The notes beneath the pieces are model-generated. The model was not told where the DNA came from and did no database searches. It worked only from the letters and a program-made list of their open reading frames with translations. Shown in pieces: positions 1 through 12,675 of a stretch of 64,000 nucleotides of DNA. The position numbers and the translations under genes were made by a program. The stretch is from the NCBI GenBank assembly GCA_008632985.1, contig QPGO01000103.1, positions 124,001-188,000 of the forward strand, in the 5' to 3' direction. The DNA is from Psammoneis japonica. Lineage: Eukaryota. The number at the start of each line of letters is the position of its first letter. Positions within the stretch are counted from its first letter, which is position 1.

Positions 1-2398
1 AAATCAGGATCCGTATCATTCTGAGTTCGAAAGCTCAAGTCTTTCGCGCTTTTATCCAAGTGCTCCTGTCTCTTTTCGACCAATCTCTTTGCCTTTTCTT
101 CAGAGGATACACAAACGACCGGATCGCCAGCCTTGGGAAGCGACTCAAATCCAATTATACGGACGGTTGAGACGGTGTCGCGTTGTTTAATGTCTTGCCA
201 TAAACTACAACCAGGAAAAGAAGAGAAACTCATGGTAAGCTTGAAGCAACCACGCAAACAGCATCAAGAAATGATCAGCTGCTACTCACCATCCTTCAGG
301 ATCTTAACTTTGCCTGAATGAACACCACTAACCACTACATTGCCTCGTTCCAGTGAGCCCCATCGTACAATACAATCGGCGACTACACCCAGACCCTTCT
401 CGATGCGAGCATCCATGACAATACCTTCGGCTCGCGCATCGTGGTCTGCACGTAAGTCCATAACCTCACTCTGAAGCACCAAGCCTTCAATCAATTCATC
501 CAAACCCTCTCCGGTCAAACCCGACACAGGAATGAGTTGCACGGGCGGACCATACTCGCTTTCCGAGTCGGACGATGCCAATTCTTCCGTCACAATACCG
601 TGCTCCAGCAGCTGGTTTGCAATTCTCATTTTGCTCTCGTCCACGTCCACTCCTGGCTTGTCGATCTTTGTCATGGCCACTACTAGAGAAATGGCGCCGC
701 CACCTGCTTCCGCAACGATGGACTTGTAAAAGTCCAAAATCTCCACCGTCTGTCGCGAGACTCCATCATCGGCAGCCACCACCAGCACAATCACATCGGC
801 GGCGTGGGACCCAGAATGGCGCATGGATTTGAACGCGGCATGACCAGGCGTATCCAAAAACGTAACGGCGGCTTTTTTACTCTCGAGTTCAATCTGAAAG
901 GCACTAATGACTTGCGTGATACCGCCAGCCTCGGTACCCGCGACATCACCCTTGTGCTGTTGCGTTGTGGCAGCCTTTTTGCCCTTTTTCTTCTTTTTCT
1001 TTTTGCCACTGCTCGCCTGTACCGGCTGACTCTGTCTTCGCAAGGCGTCCGTCAAGGTTGTCTTTCCGTGATCAACGTGGCCCATGCAAGCGACAACCGG
1101 TGGACGAGGCGGAAAGCTCTCGTATACATTTTCAGTAGCAGCAGCTTCTTCTTCTTCGGCGCCCGCAGCCCGCCGTTGTAGCAACAAGTTGACATCATCC
1201 TCGACACGAAACGCTCCTTTTCGTTGATCCCGTACAGGTTCGTATCCCAATTCCATAGTGACAAGTTCCATTGTATCGACATCCATTTCATAATTTCCTT
1301 GTGGCAGTTGCGTTCTCCCATGTCTTGCAAGACGTTTAGTATGGTTTGTTTGTTCACTTGCACGATACTCGAAAACACGGCAACACTACACGCACTTCGG
1401 GGCAAGAGCACTTGCAAATCGTCTTCTTGTTTGCCTTGTTGCTTTAACACAATATTCTTTGTTTGTGCAGATGCTGGAAAGAACGTCTTGGGAGCTTTTT
1501 GTATGCGTTGGTAGCGTTCCCGACGCTCCTGTTGTTCCTTTTTCCGTACCTCTTGCTTTTGACGAAACTCTTTGGCTCCACCCTGACGCCATGCTTGCTT
1601 TTGAGCCGTGGCTCCTTCTACTATTACTGGTGGGGATTGTCGTTGAAGACTGTTTTGAAAGGCTTCTCTTAACGAGAAACATTCGTCATGTCGGCGTGTC
1701 CCGTCAGTTTTGTTGTTGTTGTTGGCGTCGCAGAAATGGGACTTGTTGGTCCGGGTAGCTTGGGTGGGGACCTGGTACGCCATGTCGGTTCCGGCATGTT
1801 GGAAACAGTATTGCTTTTCAAAGCTTGTGTTTCCTTTTGGAAATTATCTTTTCGGAAAACAGGGGGCGATGAAGCGCCATTCTTTCTCCAGCCGCTCCTT
1901 GGTTGGTTTTCATTGGCAGCACGGTTCAAGTTGTTCCTCAGTGGTGGTGGTGGCTTGGATGGCCCTCGAAGAACATTCTTGTTGGGTGGTCGCATTTTTG
2001 TTGCCGAAAATTGGCATCACGAGGCAAGGGAGGTGGACGAGGATCTTGTCGTCTCTTCTCGAAAAAATCCGATAACGGAGACGAGTCGTCTGTCTTTACC
2101 TGTGGAGGTTTCGGTGTTTCTGAGTTCGCCAGGAACTCGTTTTGCTCTTTTGCTTATCAAATTGATGGTTCAACCTCTCTCTCCAGTCGGATGAAACAAA
2201 CCGCGGTGGAGACTGTGGCTTATGCCGTTGCTGCCGTTGATGTTGTTGTTGCTGAATCCGTGAGCCCTCATTAATGTCGTCTTCGTGGTAACCCTCATCA
2301 ACGGCAGCTTGGGTGCTCTTGCTTCGCCAATCAATCACAACTACAGATCTAGAACGTACAACTCTATAACCAGAATTTGTTGCGGCATATCGAATCAT
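1..2398 (-). CDS. infB: Organellar translation initiation factor IF-2 (3' end runs off the window; several frameshifts)
   Basis: ORF 282..1286 has the IF-2 G-domain motifs MGHVDHGKTT, EAGGITQ, FLDTPGHAAF, VVAADDG and TKID. GT-AG intron at 205..289, followed by 'VRIIGFESLPKAGDP' after a 1-nt shift. The N-terminal part is split over ORFs 2096..2467, 1669..1995 and 1052..1783. Start codon uncertain. Confidence 0.88.
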
Positions 2399-2783
2399 TG
2401 TCGACCATAGAGCTTTACCACAACAGAGAGAAGACAGGCCCAAACTCAACAACAAACGCAGCAGCAAGCTGACGAAGGCACGGGATAAACGGGAAGTGTG
2501 TGTGCGTCGGTTTCGCGAAGGCGATTTTTTATGGTGAATCTTTGTGTGTCTTGTTGGACAGAGGACAGACAGAAGATCTGACGTCAGATCAGAAGAAAGC
2601 TCTCTCTATATGTTTCTACAAAAACGAAGATGATCATTACGAACCGTTCGTGAGCACGCGACGCTCACATTTTCCGCGATCTCGTTCGGGTTTCATTCCC
2701 GAAACAAAACTCGAACTGAGATAGTGTTCTTCTTTCATTATTTCTTTCTCCACATCGAAACGCGCCATTGCAATCATAAAAAA

Positions 2784-3848
2784 ATGACTACCTGCATCCC
2801 CATTCAAGATCCATATCCTATTCCTGAAATCGTAACTGCTTTGATTCAAAAGCCCTCCCGGTCTTCCAAAGTTGGTGTTGGTGTTGTGACGAAAAAGGAC
2901 AATGCAGTCGTGGTGTCGAGTCTCAAGCCGGGCAATCTATTGCAGGGAACAAGTGTTCAAAAAGACACGGAGATTTTCGCCATCAATGGCCAAGCCGTCA
3001 ACTCGGCCAAGCAAGCCACTTCCATTATGAAATCTAGCATTCAACTCGAGTTTACTACAATACTCGATACCTCCCGCATACCTCGCTTTTGTTACGTCGA
3101 AGTTTCGCCTACATCCAAAATCTGTCCTGGTGCATCCTTTGAAAGTTGTTGTGATGGGACCATGGTTATGATTTCCCATGTGTTCCTCGACGACTTGACC
3201 AAGACGCGACTTCGTGTGGGTGACATTGTACTGGCCGTCAATGGAGTGCCCGTCTGGAAGCCCCAAGACGCCCATCGAATTCTACTTCATGCAGCTCGAG
3301 CCTCACAAGCCGTGGTTCTTTACTGCGTCAATATGGATACTCTTTTAGACCACATTGTGTTGCACCACGCGGAACGTCATCGTCGCCGCGCAACAACAAA
3401 AATAGTCAAGACGGAGCCCGGGGTTTATGAAGTGACGGAAGATGCATGCTGGTTGACCGCCAAGGTGAACCACCAAACGCAATTGTTACAAGACACTACG
3501 CCCATGCACTTTCGGCTCAAGATTGATTCTTTACACACTCCTACAACCAAAAGCATGGGACTGAGTAAAAGGAGAAACTACGTTCTCGGCTGCGAACCGA
3601 CTCTGCGAAGTATGAATGACTTGTTACAGAAGCAGCTTGATCAATTGAAGGCCAAGATTGTGGAAGAAGCGTGGAGATATTCCATGAATCAAACTACTAC
3701 CGGTAGCAACAATGACACAAGTACTGGTTCTTGTCCCGTCATTAAGGCTACCTCGGCTCCAATTTCGATTGGTGCAACCTGTTACACAAATTTGCCGCTC
3801 GCAACAGCGTCTCCCGTTTCTCATGTTGTCCAAATGGACGTCCACTAA
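2784..3848 (+). CDS. PDZ-domain protein (two PDZ-like domains)
   Basis: Long ORF with two PDZ-like segments, 'EIFAINGQAV' and 'LRVGDIVLAVNGVPV'. First ATG at 2784. Confidence 0.75.
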   Translation: MTTCIPIQDPYPIPEIVTALIQKPSRSSKVGVGVVTKKDNAVVVSSLKPGNLLQGTSVQKDTEIFAINGQAVNSAKQATSIMKSSIQLEFTTILDTSRIPRFCYVEVSPTSKICPGASFESCCDGTMVMISHVFLDDLTKTRLRVGDIVLAVNGVPVWKPQDAHRILLHAARASQAVVLYCVNMDTLLDHIVLHHAERHRRRATTKIVKTEPGVYEVTEDACWLTAKVNHQTQLLQDTTPMHFRLKIDSLHTPTTKSMGLSKRRNYVLGCEPTLRSMNDLLQKQLDQLKAKIVEEAWRYSMNQTTTGSNNDTSTGSCPVIKATSAPISIGATCYTNLPLATASPVSHVVQMDVH

Positions 3849-4004
3849 AGCCACGAGCCATGCACCGAAGATCTTAGATATGTACACTAAGTACGTAAAT
3901 TTAGATTTTGACTGTAACCACGAAAATTTGCTTATTATATGCATGAATATCAACCAGCCGTTCGAAAATTCGGTTCCGACGGCAAAGAGCTTCAATTGGT
4001 CTTC

Positions 4005-5678
4005 CTACTTGCGACTCGAGCTACTTTCACTCTCCTCAATTTTTGTTTCTTCCTCCTTTAGTTTTTCCTCCATTTTCCTGGCTTCGCTGGTTGCCTTGAT
4101 CGCAGCCTCCCGTGCGCGCTGGACGGCCCCTTCCAACTCGGCTGTGCTCGTCTTTTCCTCATCTGCCAGTTTCAGTGCGTCGGCCGCTAATTGCATGCTT
4201 CCACGACCTCACGATCCAGTTCCGCTTGTTCCTGTTGTGATATTGGTGGAGGAGTGGCCAATACAGTACCTATGGCACCCTTGGTTTCCTCCTTTCCGAG
4301 GCCTTGGCAAGGAGCAACTGCGCGCCCTTGATACCCAAACTCACAGCGCCTTTACCAACAAACCATGCAGCTTGGCAGATCCCTTGGCGACACCACCAGC
4401 AACCTTCCATGCGATATCCTTGGACGTCATCGGTGGAGGCTGTTTGGGTGGTTTTGGCTTGGGTTTCTCAGCTCCCACTACACCTTGACATTGTGCACGG
4501 CGTCCTCCAAGCTTGTTGCGTTTCAATAACGCTTCGCTTGGCATCCTGTACAGACTGTGACACGGTTTCGGAAGTGCTTGGACATCCTCAACAACAGCCT
4601 TGGAGACTTTAACGCCATTTTATGTTTCGCTTTGCATCCAAGACACTCTGCTGAACTTGATTGGCAAACGACTTGATTCCTTGCACAAACTCTACTAACT
4701 TTTTGGGTATCGATGTTACAAAGTCAACCGAGCTAACAGCAAACTGCTGCGCTGCATTGGCGGTCTCCACGGCCTTGTCTGGGATGCTGGCAATCGCTTC
4801 AAACACATTTCCAATGGTATCAATGATGCTGTATACCGTTTCTTGAATTCAGCCACAAAATCTTCTTGATCTACGCCCAGTTGCTTGTTTTCCCACTCAC
4901 GAATCGCATTCTCAGCCCTTAGCTTTTGAATGGGATTCGCTGAAGTAAATCAGGGATTGCCTTTCTGACAGTGGCAGAGATGAAATGGATTCTTGTGGAA
5001 CAGTCCGGAGTGAAACAATCGGGGGTGTAGCTGGTTTTTCGTCCTTGGATAACAATCCAGTAACTCCATCCAACGTGCCGTATACGCCTGACTTGAGATT
5101 ATCCCATGCGCTTTTCTTCTCGGATTGTACCGCTTCTTCAGCGAATGCTCTGGGATTTGATTCAAGCTGCTGCATCAGGCGTTGTCCCGGTGTGTCTCCA
5201 ACAACAGGAGAATACGGCCGTATGACTCGTTCAACCGTATCTCCGTATACCTGTATGGGTCTCTGCGGCTCTCGCGATTCCTTACTACGAAATAGTTGGG
5301 GATGGAGCTAATTCCATCCGCTGCATTGTACACGGATTGTTTAAAGGCGTTCCACTTGCTTCCCCGCTTGGGTTTCGCCTCATTATTTCTTCGAGCTGGC
5401 TGACATTGATGAATTCTCCCGTCTCGGCACTCACAGTCACCATGGGACGAGGTTTACCATGACGGGTACCGTCGAAACCATTCCACTCTTTCCAACGTTG
5501 AGTTCTTTTTTCCTAAACGAAAATCGTCTCGGTCGTCGTCCTATTCGGCCCAGCATTCCCATGGACAAGTCGGACGATTACGACACGTCATTGTCATTTG
5601 ATTGCATGGCACGGCCGAAAAGGAAGAAACCGATATCACCGCACATGTTGCTACTACAACAAATAATGCGGTTCCCAT
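4005..5678 (-). CDS. Hypothetical, probably plastid-targeted, coiled-coil protein (fragmented by introns or frameshifts)
   Basis: ATG 5678 gives MGTALFVVVATCAVISVSS-F (signal peptide plus Phe at +1). Coding-like Ala/Glu/Lys-rich fragments at 4912..5175, 4609..4806, 4341..4544 and 4005..4196. Exon structure not resolved. Confidence 0.45.
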
Positions 5679-6359
5679 AAGCCCTTCTGGTGACGACACG
5701 ACGCCGCCATGGTTGCCTCAGCCTACACTGAAGAAAAAAATGGCAAACGGCATGTTCTCGGTGTTCGTTGTTCTCATTCTTTTGGAAGGAGTACGTAGGA
5801 TTCTACGTATCCTCTGTACAAACGTTGACCTTGGGAGGATCAACGGGAGAGGGACGGACTTTGTCTCTAGTCTTTCCGCCCGCCCGTACTGTACATCCAT
5901 CTTCATCGCCCTATCTGCCTTTTGGCCCTCTGCCTGTACTCTTTAGAGTAGTACCGTAGATAAAAGCTCTCTCGACTCTAGAGGAGAGTAGCTATGGCAT
6001 TCTCGCTACAGGTTGCTGTGCTCTCTCTAGCTAGAAGGCCTATGAATAGTACTTCTAGAGAGAGTTAGGTGTGGTCACAGCTGGAGCAAAGACAGCTGTG
6101 CGTGCGCCAAACTTTCCTGTGTGCGACCAAGCTTGACTTCGCCTTGATGCGTTCCCTAGTAAAGAAAGACTGACACCTGAATAGTGACGTTGGAAGTAGA
6201 TGCCGCATGCTTTGTACAATATTATGCAATCAAATGAGTTTCAAAGAGAGACAAGATTCGAAAGAATCTGAATCTTGCCAGTCTCTCCGATTTTGGATAC
6301 ATCTACCCAAACGTCAAATCAAAGATTGGTACCCAGGTAAGATTTGTGTCAACGTCAAG

Positions 6360-7046
6360 TCAGAGCTCGACACTTTTCAACTTGCTTCTCTCAGTGCGAT
6401 CCCGTTCCACTCTTTCTCCGCCAGCCTTGAGTGACATCTCTTCGAGATATTGCAGTTTGCGGTTGGCCACATTCCAGTTGACCTGCTGCACTTCTTCTAG
6501 CGTTTGATTTTGAAATCTCATATTGTAAATGCCAGCAACTAGTCCGGTACGATCCATACCTCGCATGCAGTGAAAGTAGATAGCCGTATTATCGGTTTCA
6601 AACTGCAGCAAGATTTCGTGGAGACGCAAAGACAAATCCCATGCTCCTCCAGTCCTTGTGTCCATAGGAACAAGCCAAGATGGCAACAGGGACAGTACAC
6701 TTCCAGCGACGGGAGTATGTAGGATTTTGACTCTTTTCCCTTTGGATCCCTGCCGGATTTCTTGAAGAACGAGCGCTTCGTCTCTTGTCTTTGAATCTAG
6801 CAGTGATACCACAATCAAGTCCTTGTAGGATTTTTGAAATTTGCTCTCCATGCTTTTGAGTATCAAATGGGGATCAAATTTGCCGTGTCGATTGAGCGGT
6901 GCATTCCCTCGAACCAAAATGCTACTGTTGGTGCGGTCGACAACTCGCATTCGCTCGGGTTCAAATCGAGTTGCGATGGTCACGTTGTCAATGCGTGTCG
7001 TAACAAAAATAAGAAGGAGCAGAATGGTAGAGAGACGTCGTAACAT
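6360..7046 (-). CDS. Cys-dependent protein-tyrosine/dual-specificity phosphatase superfamily protein with signal peptide
   Basis: Catalytic loop YFHCMRGMDRTG (HCxxGxDRTG) and hydrophobic N-terminus MLRRLSTILLLLIFV. Confidence 0.82.
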   Translation of the reverse strand: MLRRLSTILLLLIFVTTRIDNVTIATRFEPERMRVVDRTNSSILVRGNAPLNRHGKFDPHLILKSMESKFQKSYKDLIVVSLLDSKTRDEALVLQEIRQGSKGKRVKILHTPVAGSVLSLLPSWLVPMDTRTGGAWDLSLRLHEILLQFETDNTAIYFHCMRGMDRTGLVAGIYNMRFQNQTLEEVQQVNWNVANRKLQYLEEMSLKAGGERVERDRTERSKLKSVEL

Positions 7047-8039
7047 GATGATGATTGTTTTTTTTCTTCTTTTACTTGGAATTCAATGGCGGATAGCAAT
7101 TCGCGATCCTGTTTCGCATACACAAGTGTGCACGACTCATGTCCGCAGCTTGCGGTTTTTTGCCACTTGTCGAAAATCGAGACGTGCCTCCTACAGACAC
7201 GCCAAACCTGCTCTGCTTAGGCCTGGATGGGAGCTCATCAGTTGGAATTACAGAAGACACCTAGTAAAATCCAGTCAGCATTGCGCAGTGCCCCCCATGT
7301 CCGGCACATAAGTTGCTCACATGTCAGTCACATGAGACGGTAGTTTTACGCGCATTTTCAATTTTGAATGATGTATTTCTCATTATCTCGGTTTTGTCTG
7401 GGCATTCTCTCAATCCTATGCAAACTGTTATACATATAACAAGCAAAGCGCTCCATGGAGTCAATAAACCGGCCATTTCAATTTGCGAACGAAACCAGCA
7501 ACAGACGATGTGCGAACGAAAGTGCTTCCTGTTTTTTTCGGCTTTTTCCCACCGACACCGTCTGTGTGTCTCCCGTTCGCGAGACCATGGCGAACGTTCA
7601 AGTTGTTCCTTTGGCGGAGATACAGTAGCGCTCAATGTTGACTACCGGTACAGCAGACCCCACAACAGGCCCTAGAGAGTAGTAGGGCTCTCTAGCTAGG
7701 GCCATAGTTGCGTGTGTTGTGGAGCTGAAACATCACTACCTTCGTTGCCGCCCATCGTGGTTCATCCCGCTCTCAACTTCGTCACTTGACGTGAATGTGC
7801 GGCAGGCTAAACATGGATTACTATCGTACGACATGATGCGTCACCCATTCTACTAAACTAAGAATGCACAAGAAGTATAAAATACCACTCTCTAATTCTT
7901 AACATAGAGGATAGAAATGTAAGTCGTTATGTAAACCATGCAATCGGCACGCCATGTCTGAGAAGAGCCTTAATGTCACTTCTTCTTCAGGTGCTTGACA
8001 CCCGCCGTTCAATCACAATCGACGCTGGTGGCGTGCCTA

Positions 8040-8409
8040 TTTTCGTTATGAATCGCTGGAGAAGTTCAACAAAGATCTTGTTCTTTCAAAATTGGGCGCA
8101 TCAGGCCATTCTGATGTTCCCATGGAGCGCGAGAACATTAGAAAGGTTGGTTGACTTGAATTTGCTTTTGAGAGTTCGCATCAGCCTCAACTATTGACGT
8201 GATTTATCGTCTTCTTCGGAAGATACAGATTCGCTAAAGCTTAGACTTGCAAGGAGAGGTATCGGCAACGAGGCATAAAGTGGTGGAGGTTGAAGGTCGC
8301 TCGTACCCCAAATGTCTCTGTACTCCGTCGTTGCTTGAGCTTTCGACACGGTATTAATTCCAAGGGCTTCCAAGATAAAGGACGCGTGGGTGCAGCTTGG
8401 TTGACTCAT
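8040..8409 (-). CDS. Small hypothetical protein, paralog of 9208..9630 (3' end uncertain)
   Basis: N-terminus MSQPSCTHASFILEALGINT matches MSPPTCGHASFILEALGLNT. The ORF stops at 8191, but a matching motif recurs downstream in another frame. Confidence 0.5.
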
Positions 8410-9207
8410 CTTGAAGGAGAGAGGAATGTGTTTTAGGTAAAATGAAAGAAGTGAGGTGAGGTGCAGCTGTCACACTTTTTGTGGAAAGTCTTGGCAAAGT
8501 TGCAGAAAACAGAAAAAAGTGACGAGACGACAGCAAAAGCGAAAACGGCAACGACGATTCAATACCATGAATACGTAAGTAGAATGCTCTGTAGGAACTG
8601 TACGAATCTTACTCGGATTTCAACCTTGATTCAACGTTCGACGGTTACAAGTTCTTTTATTGAAAACCTCAGAGGCGTAAAAACATAATCTGACATCATC
8701 ATGACTCTGAAAGAATACAGCTGTTAATTACAGCTGACACCGTTCTGACGTGGGCAAACCAGAATTCACGCCTCTCCCAAGATTTTTCTTCGGATTATTT
8801 TGGTCCCCACGGGGCGTGAAATGAAACTGCATAGAAGAACATAATACTGTATGGTACCGCCCTTGCACATCTTCGCATACGAAGCAGAGAGAAATAGATC
8901 ACATTGAATACTGGTCTAAGTAGTGCACGGCAGCTAGAGTAACACTGCTATAAAGAATTTAGAGCTATCAAAGATTGGATTTTCCAACCAAGGACGACCA
9001 AGGATTGTCGATCAGTTCAGATGCTTAAGTCGTCGCATTCAATTCCATGTAAATAATAGATACTGTATCCTATACCTTATTCGAGTTATATAAAAAATAC
9101 TGTCTTATGCACTATGGATGATTCAGAATGTTGGAATAGATTGAACAATGGAAAATGATGTACGATCGGCCGTCAGACCGATTTCAGCCAGTTCCGTCGG
9201 CTTGATG

Positions 9208-9630
9208 TTATTGACTCTTCTCGCGAACAGAACTGATATTATTACCGACTTCAGCGTGAATCGTCGAGAAATCGAAGATTTTTCCCATTCCACCCACCAC
9301 GTCATAGCCGAAGCCGTCCGACTTTTCGTTGCTCCCTGAGGGCACGACTTCCAACCCCTCTGTTTCGAGAATGGAGTGGACGCGAGGAGCATCTGCAAAC
9401 ATCGAATGCCTACTTCGTCTTGTTGAATCGTCATCGTCTCTTGATTCTCTTTCGTCATTCTCGAAACTGGGTGAAAATGGAAGTGACGAAAACAGAGGTC
9501 GTCGGTTTCTTTCGTGATGATTCCAAGAGTTCCCCTGGTTGTCGTTTGTCGTCGCTACAGACCTTGAAGTAGTGTTCAGACCGAGAGCTTCCAGAATAAA
9601 GGAAGCATGACCGCATGTTGGTGGGCTCAT
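9208..9630 (-). CDS. Small hypothetical protein, paralog of the 8409 gene
   Basis: 140-aa ORF sharing HASFILEALG and PL(F/Y)xSLP motifs with the neighbouring ORF. Confidence 0.6.
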   Translation of the reverse strand: MSPPTCGHASFILEALGLNTTSRSVATTNDNQGNSWNHHERNRRPLFSSLPFSPSFENDERESRDDDDSTRRSRHSMFADAPRVHSILETEGLEVVPSGSNEKSDGFGYDVVGGMGKIFDFSTIHAEVGNNISSVREKSQ

Positions 9631-10233
9631 TCAATAATCGATAGTTGTGACAAGAGGCGTTGGTGATCGGTGCGGATGTTGTGTTTCGTTGGAGTTGGAG
9701 TGAGATAAATGAATGGTCGCCTTCCTCCTTCCCTGTGAAGCTTTGGTCGTGGGAAAACGGGAACCATATCATACAAATCATGTAGAATCTCACGTATGTA
9801 CAAATCAGTATCTGTCTACGTATGAGTAGGGAAGTTTCAGTCGTGGGTACGTGATTGGATCTTGGAAGAAAAATGCGGAGAACAAGATGGACTTCCAGCG
9901 CGGTCAAAGCCGTCGAATTAACGAAGGAGCAATCATCACTTAGAGCAATTAACCCGTTTTTGGACAAGATTCTTCCACTTGTTTACACCGGTATCCAGAT
10001 TCATTCGGCTTCGACCTTCGACACTTCAAACGAACATGAGGAAATCACAGGATTTCGTACGGTATTTCGTTGGTCGACATCACCCGTCGTAGATTTCTAC
10101 GCAGTTTTGTACTGACAAACATATAAGCCCTTGGCATCATCGGACGAATGGAGCTACAGTATCATCAAGATAAGCCGCAGACACCTTTGTTAACGCAGGA
10201 GCCCATGAAGGGTAAAGTTACAATTCAGAAGAC

Positions 10234-10863
10234 ATGAGAAGTTTACATTGGATCGCTCTTGGGCTCGTGCAAGCGTTGCTCTTGTTCGTTGAAACGACTG
10301 CCGTACAAAATCGCGCGGAGGGGAGTTTTGATGAAGACGCCATGCCTACCACACGGTCATTGAGACAGAAAAAAGGTACAGAGCAAGTAGCGTCGCACCT
10401 CTGCGGTAAGCAGTCGCCCAAACAAATCTTTACGTGCAAGCGCTATTTCAAGCACTCGACGGATCGACTAGCCAACTCGAGCCCTCTGTACGCCGGCGAG
10501 GCAGCTTGTCACAATGAGTTTATGTTTGGGGTTACGCAGGAAGGTGTCTTTCAGTGGGCAGACTGTGCCAAGAACAAAACCAAAGTCTTTTACAGTGATG
10601 GTTCAAACGATGTTTACTTTGAATTGCAATCAGATGCGTCCTGGAATATTTACGAGAAGAGCACCGGAAAGCTCAAGTGGAAAGAAGAATGCGATCTTGA
10701 CGTCCATCTGTATCCTCAGTGTCTGAGTCACGTAAACCTGGACTGCCCTTATATTCACTTGCGAAAGAGCGGACGCATCGTTTTAAATTCAATTGATAAC
10801 AGCGGAATGTGGGTGGCTTCAAATTCACCGCGAGTTTACAGCTTTATCGATGAAGAAGATTAA
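10234..10863 (+). CDS. Secreted Cys-containing protein, possibly bulb-type lectin-like fold
   Basis: Signal peptide. Repeated segments 'FELQSDASWNIY' and 'IHLRKSGRIVLN' weakly resemble B-lectin LxLQxDGNLVLY. The fold call is weak. Confidence 0.6.
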   Translation: MRSLHWIALGLVQALLLFVETTAVQNRAEGSFDEDAMPTTRSLRQKKGTEQVASHLCGKQSPKQIFTCKRYFKHSTDRLANSSPLYAGEAACHNEFMFGVTQEGVFQWADCAKNKTKVFYSDGSNDVYFELQSDASWNIYEKSTGKLKWKEECDLDVHLYPQCLSHVNLDCPYIHLRKSGRIVLNSIDNSGMWVASNSPRVYSFIDEED

Positions 10864-10960
10864 GTAGTGGAGCGATTACCAGTGAGCTACGTAGCTGTAC
10901 TGTAGGTAACGATTAGATAAAAAAAGTAGTCAGTGCTAGTACACTTCAAAAATGATTTTA

Positions 10961-12675
10961 TTATAAGAGAAGAGTGGATGGATTCTCGACATGAGACTTG
11001 AACGAGCTGAGCCACTGTGCACCAACAGCTCCGTCAACGACCCTGTGGTCGCAACTCAACGTGGCCGTCAACATGACGCTCTCCTTGTACATTTCAGACC
11101 CTTCCTCCTCGGAATCATTTGGTACAATGCGATTCTCCATGGCACCCAGAGCCAAAGCACAGGCTTGTGGTTCGCGAATAATGGGGGCACATGATTTAAT
11201 ACCGTACATGCCCAAGTTGATCACCGTAAAGGTTCCCATGGCTCCAAACTCTTCGCCAAGCGCTGCCGGCTCTTCGTCTTCTGTCGGCTCGACTGCTTGC
11301 ATGACGGCTGACAAGTCATTGGAGAGTGCTTTTACACCACGTGCACCGACATTTCGAATCACCGGTGTGTACAAGGCATCACCCGTGCCAACCGCCACAT
11401 TGATATCGACCGAATCATAGACACGCACCACGGTATCCATCCAGCTGGCATTGGCAGACGGCACGGCCTTCATGGCTGCACCTGCCGCCTTTAACAAGAG
11501 CTCATAGACACCCAATTCTTCACCTTCGCCAACGGCGCTGTTGAGAGTCGAACGGAGCTTTAGAATTTCATCCATGGCGATATCCACCGTCAGATAGTAG
11601 TGAGGAACATTTTGTTTGGAATGAGCCAATTGCGCCGCAACCTGTTTGGCAGATTCAGAAAGCGGATAATCCGTGAAACCAACTCCAGGTACGGGAGGTG
11701 CAGTGGCTGCTGGAGCTGCCACGGCTTGTTGGGCAGGAGCAGCAGTGGTTGCAGCAACCTCTGTTGCGGCAGTGGGAACAAACTCCTTTACGTCAGCCGC
11801 AATGACACGTCCGTCTGGACCAGTTCCAGAGATCATGGAAATATCATGACCGAGTTCCTTAGCCAACATGTGCGCCAATGGAGAAGCCACAACACGCCCC
11901 CCTGATGGTGCCGCTGTGGGTGCTGGAGTCGGTGCAGCGGCTGCAGGAGCAGCTGCGGCTGGAGTCGGAGGCGCTTCAGCTGTTGCGGGCGCTGCTTCTT
12001 TCGCAGGAGCAGCAGGAGCAGCAGAAGCTTCCACCACATAATCCGCAAACGCCGCTACATCCTCTTCTTCCTCGACTGTAATCAAAATTGGCTCTCCGCA
12101 GTTAATCTCTGTCGGCCCTGCATCTGCTAAAATCTTGGCAACTACGCCGTCGTCCTGAGCCTCAAAACTAACCGTGGCTTTGTCTGTTTCAACCTCGCAA
12201 AGCACATCACCAGCAGCGAACGTGTCTCCCTCATTTAAATTCCAACTCGCAATCGTGCCCGATTCCATAGTCTGTTTTGGATCATAAAGATTAGCGAGAC
12301 AAATAAAAATGAGTGAGAAAGTGAGAAAGATGCGATGAAAAGTGCGAGAAAATCAGCAAAAGAGCAAGAAAAGGACGAAAATATACAGTTAAACAGAACC
12401 GTCACTCCCGCCAAGTCATATCGCTACATACAGTGCTATTCTCGTCGAATTATTGCCGATACAACACAAACAATCCGTTCCAAGCAGAAAGATACTTTTC
12501 CGGGTTTCTTACTCACCGGTGATAAACTGGGCATCCCCACAACTTCATGAGATGGATAACTGGCAAACCATCGTTGCTGTATTGAAAAAGTAGATAATAC
12601 AGGTCGACGAACGGCTTGTACTGCAATGGTCCGTCTTGCGGCCAAAGAGAAGCTTCGTGCCGCCATGGACGACAT
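10961..12675 (-). CDS. DLAT: Mitochondrial pyruvate dehydrogenase E2 (dihydrolipoamide acetyltransferase)
   Basis: Lipoyl motif VETDKA, E3-binding ASPLA...GTGPDGRV, catalytic SCDHRVVDG. Intron 12272..12516 joins MPSLSP|TMESG. Arg-rich mitochondrial presequence in exon 1. Confidence 0.96.

Noticed and set aside
3712..4488. 258-aa plus-strand ORF and other long antisense ORFs over genes
   Set aside because: Shadow frames of coding sequence on the opposite strand, with no motifs of their own.
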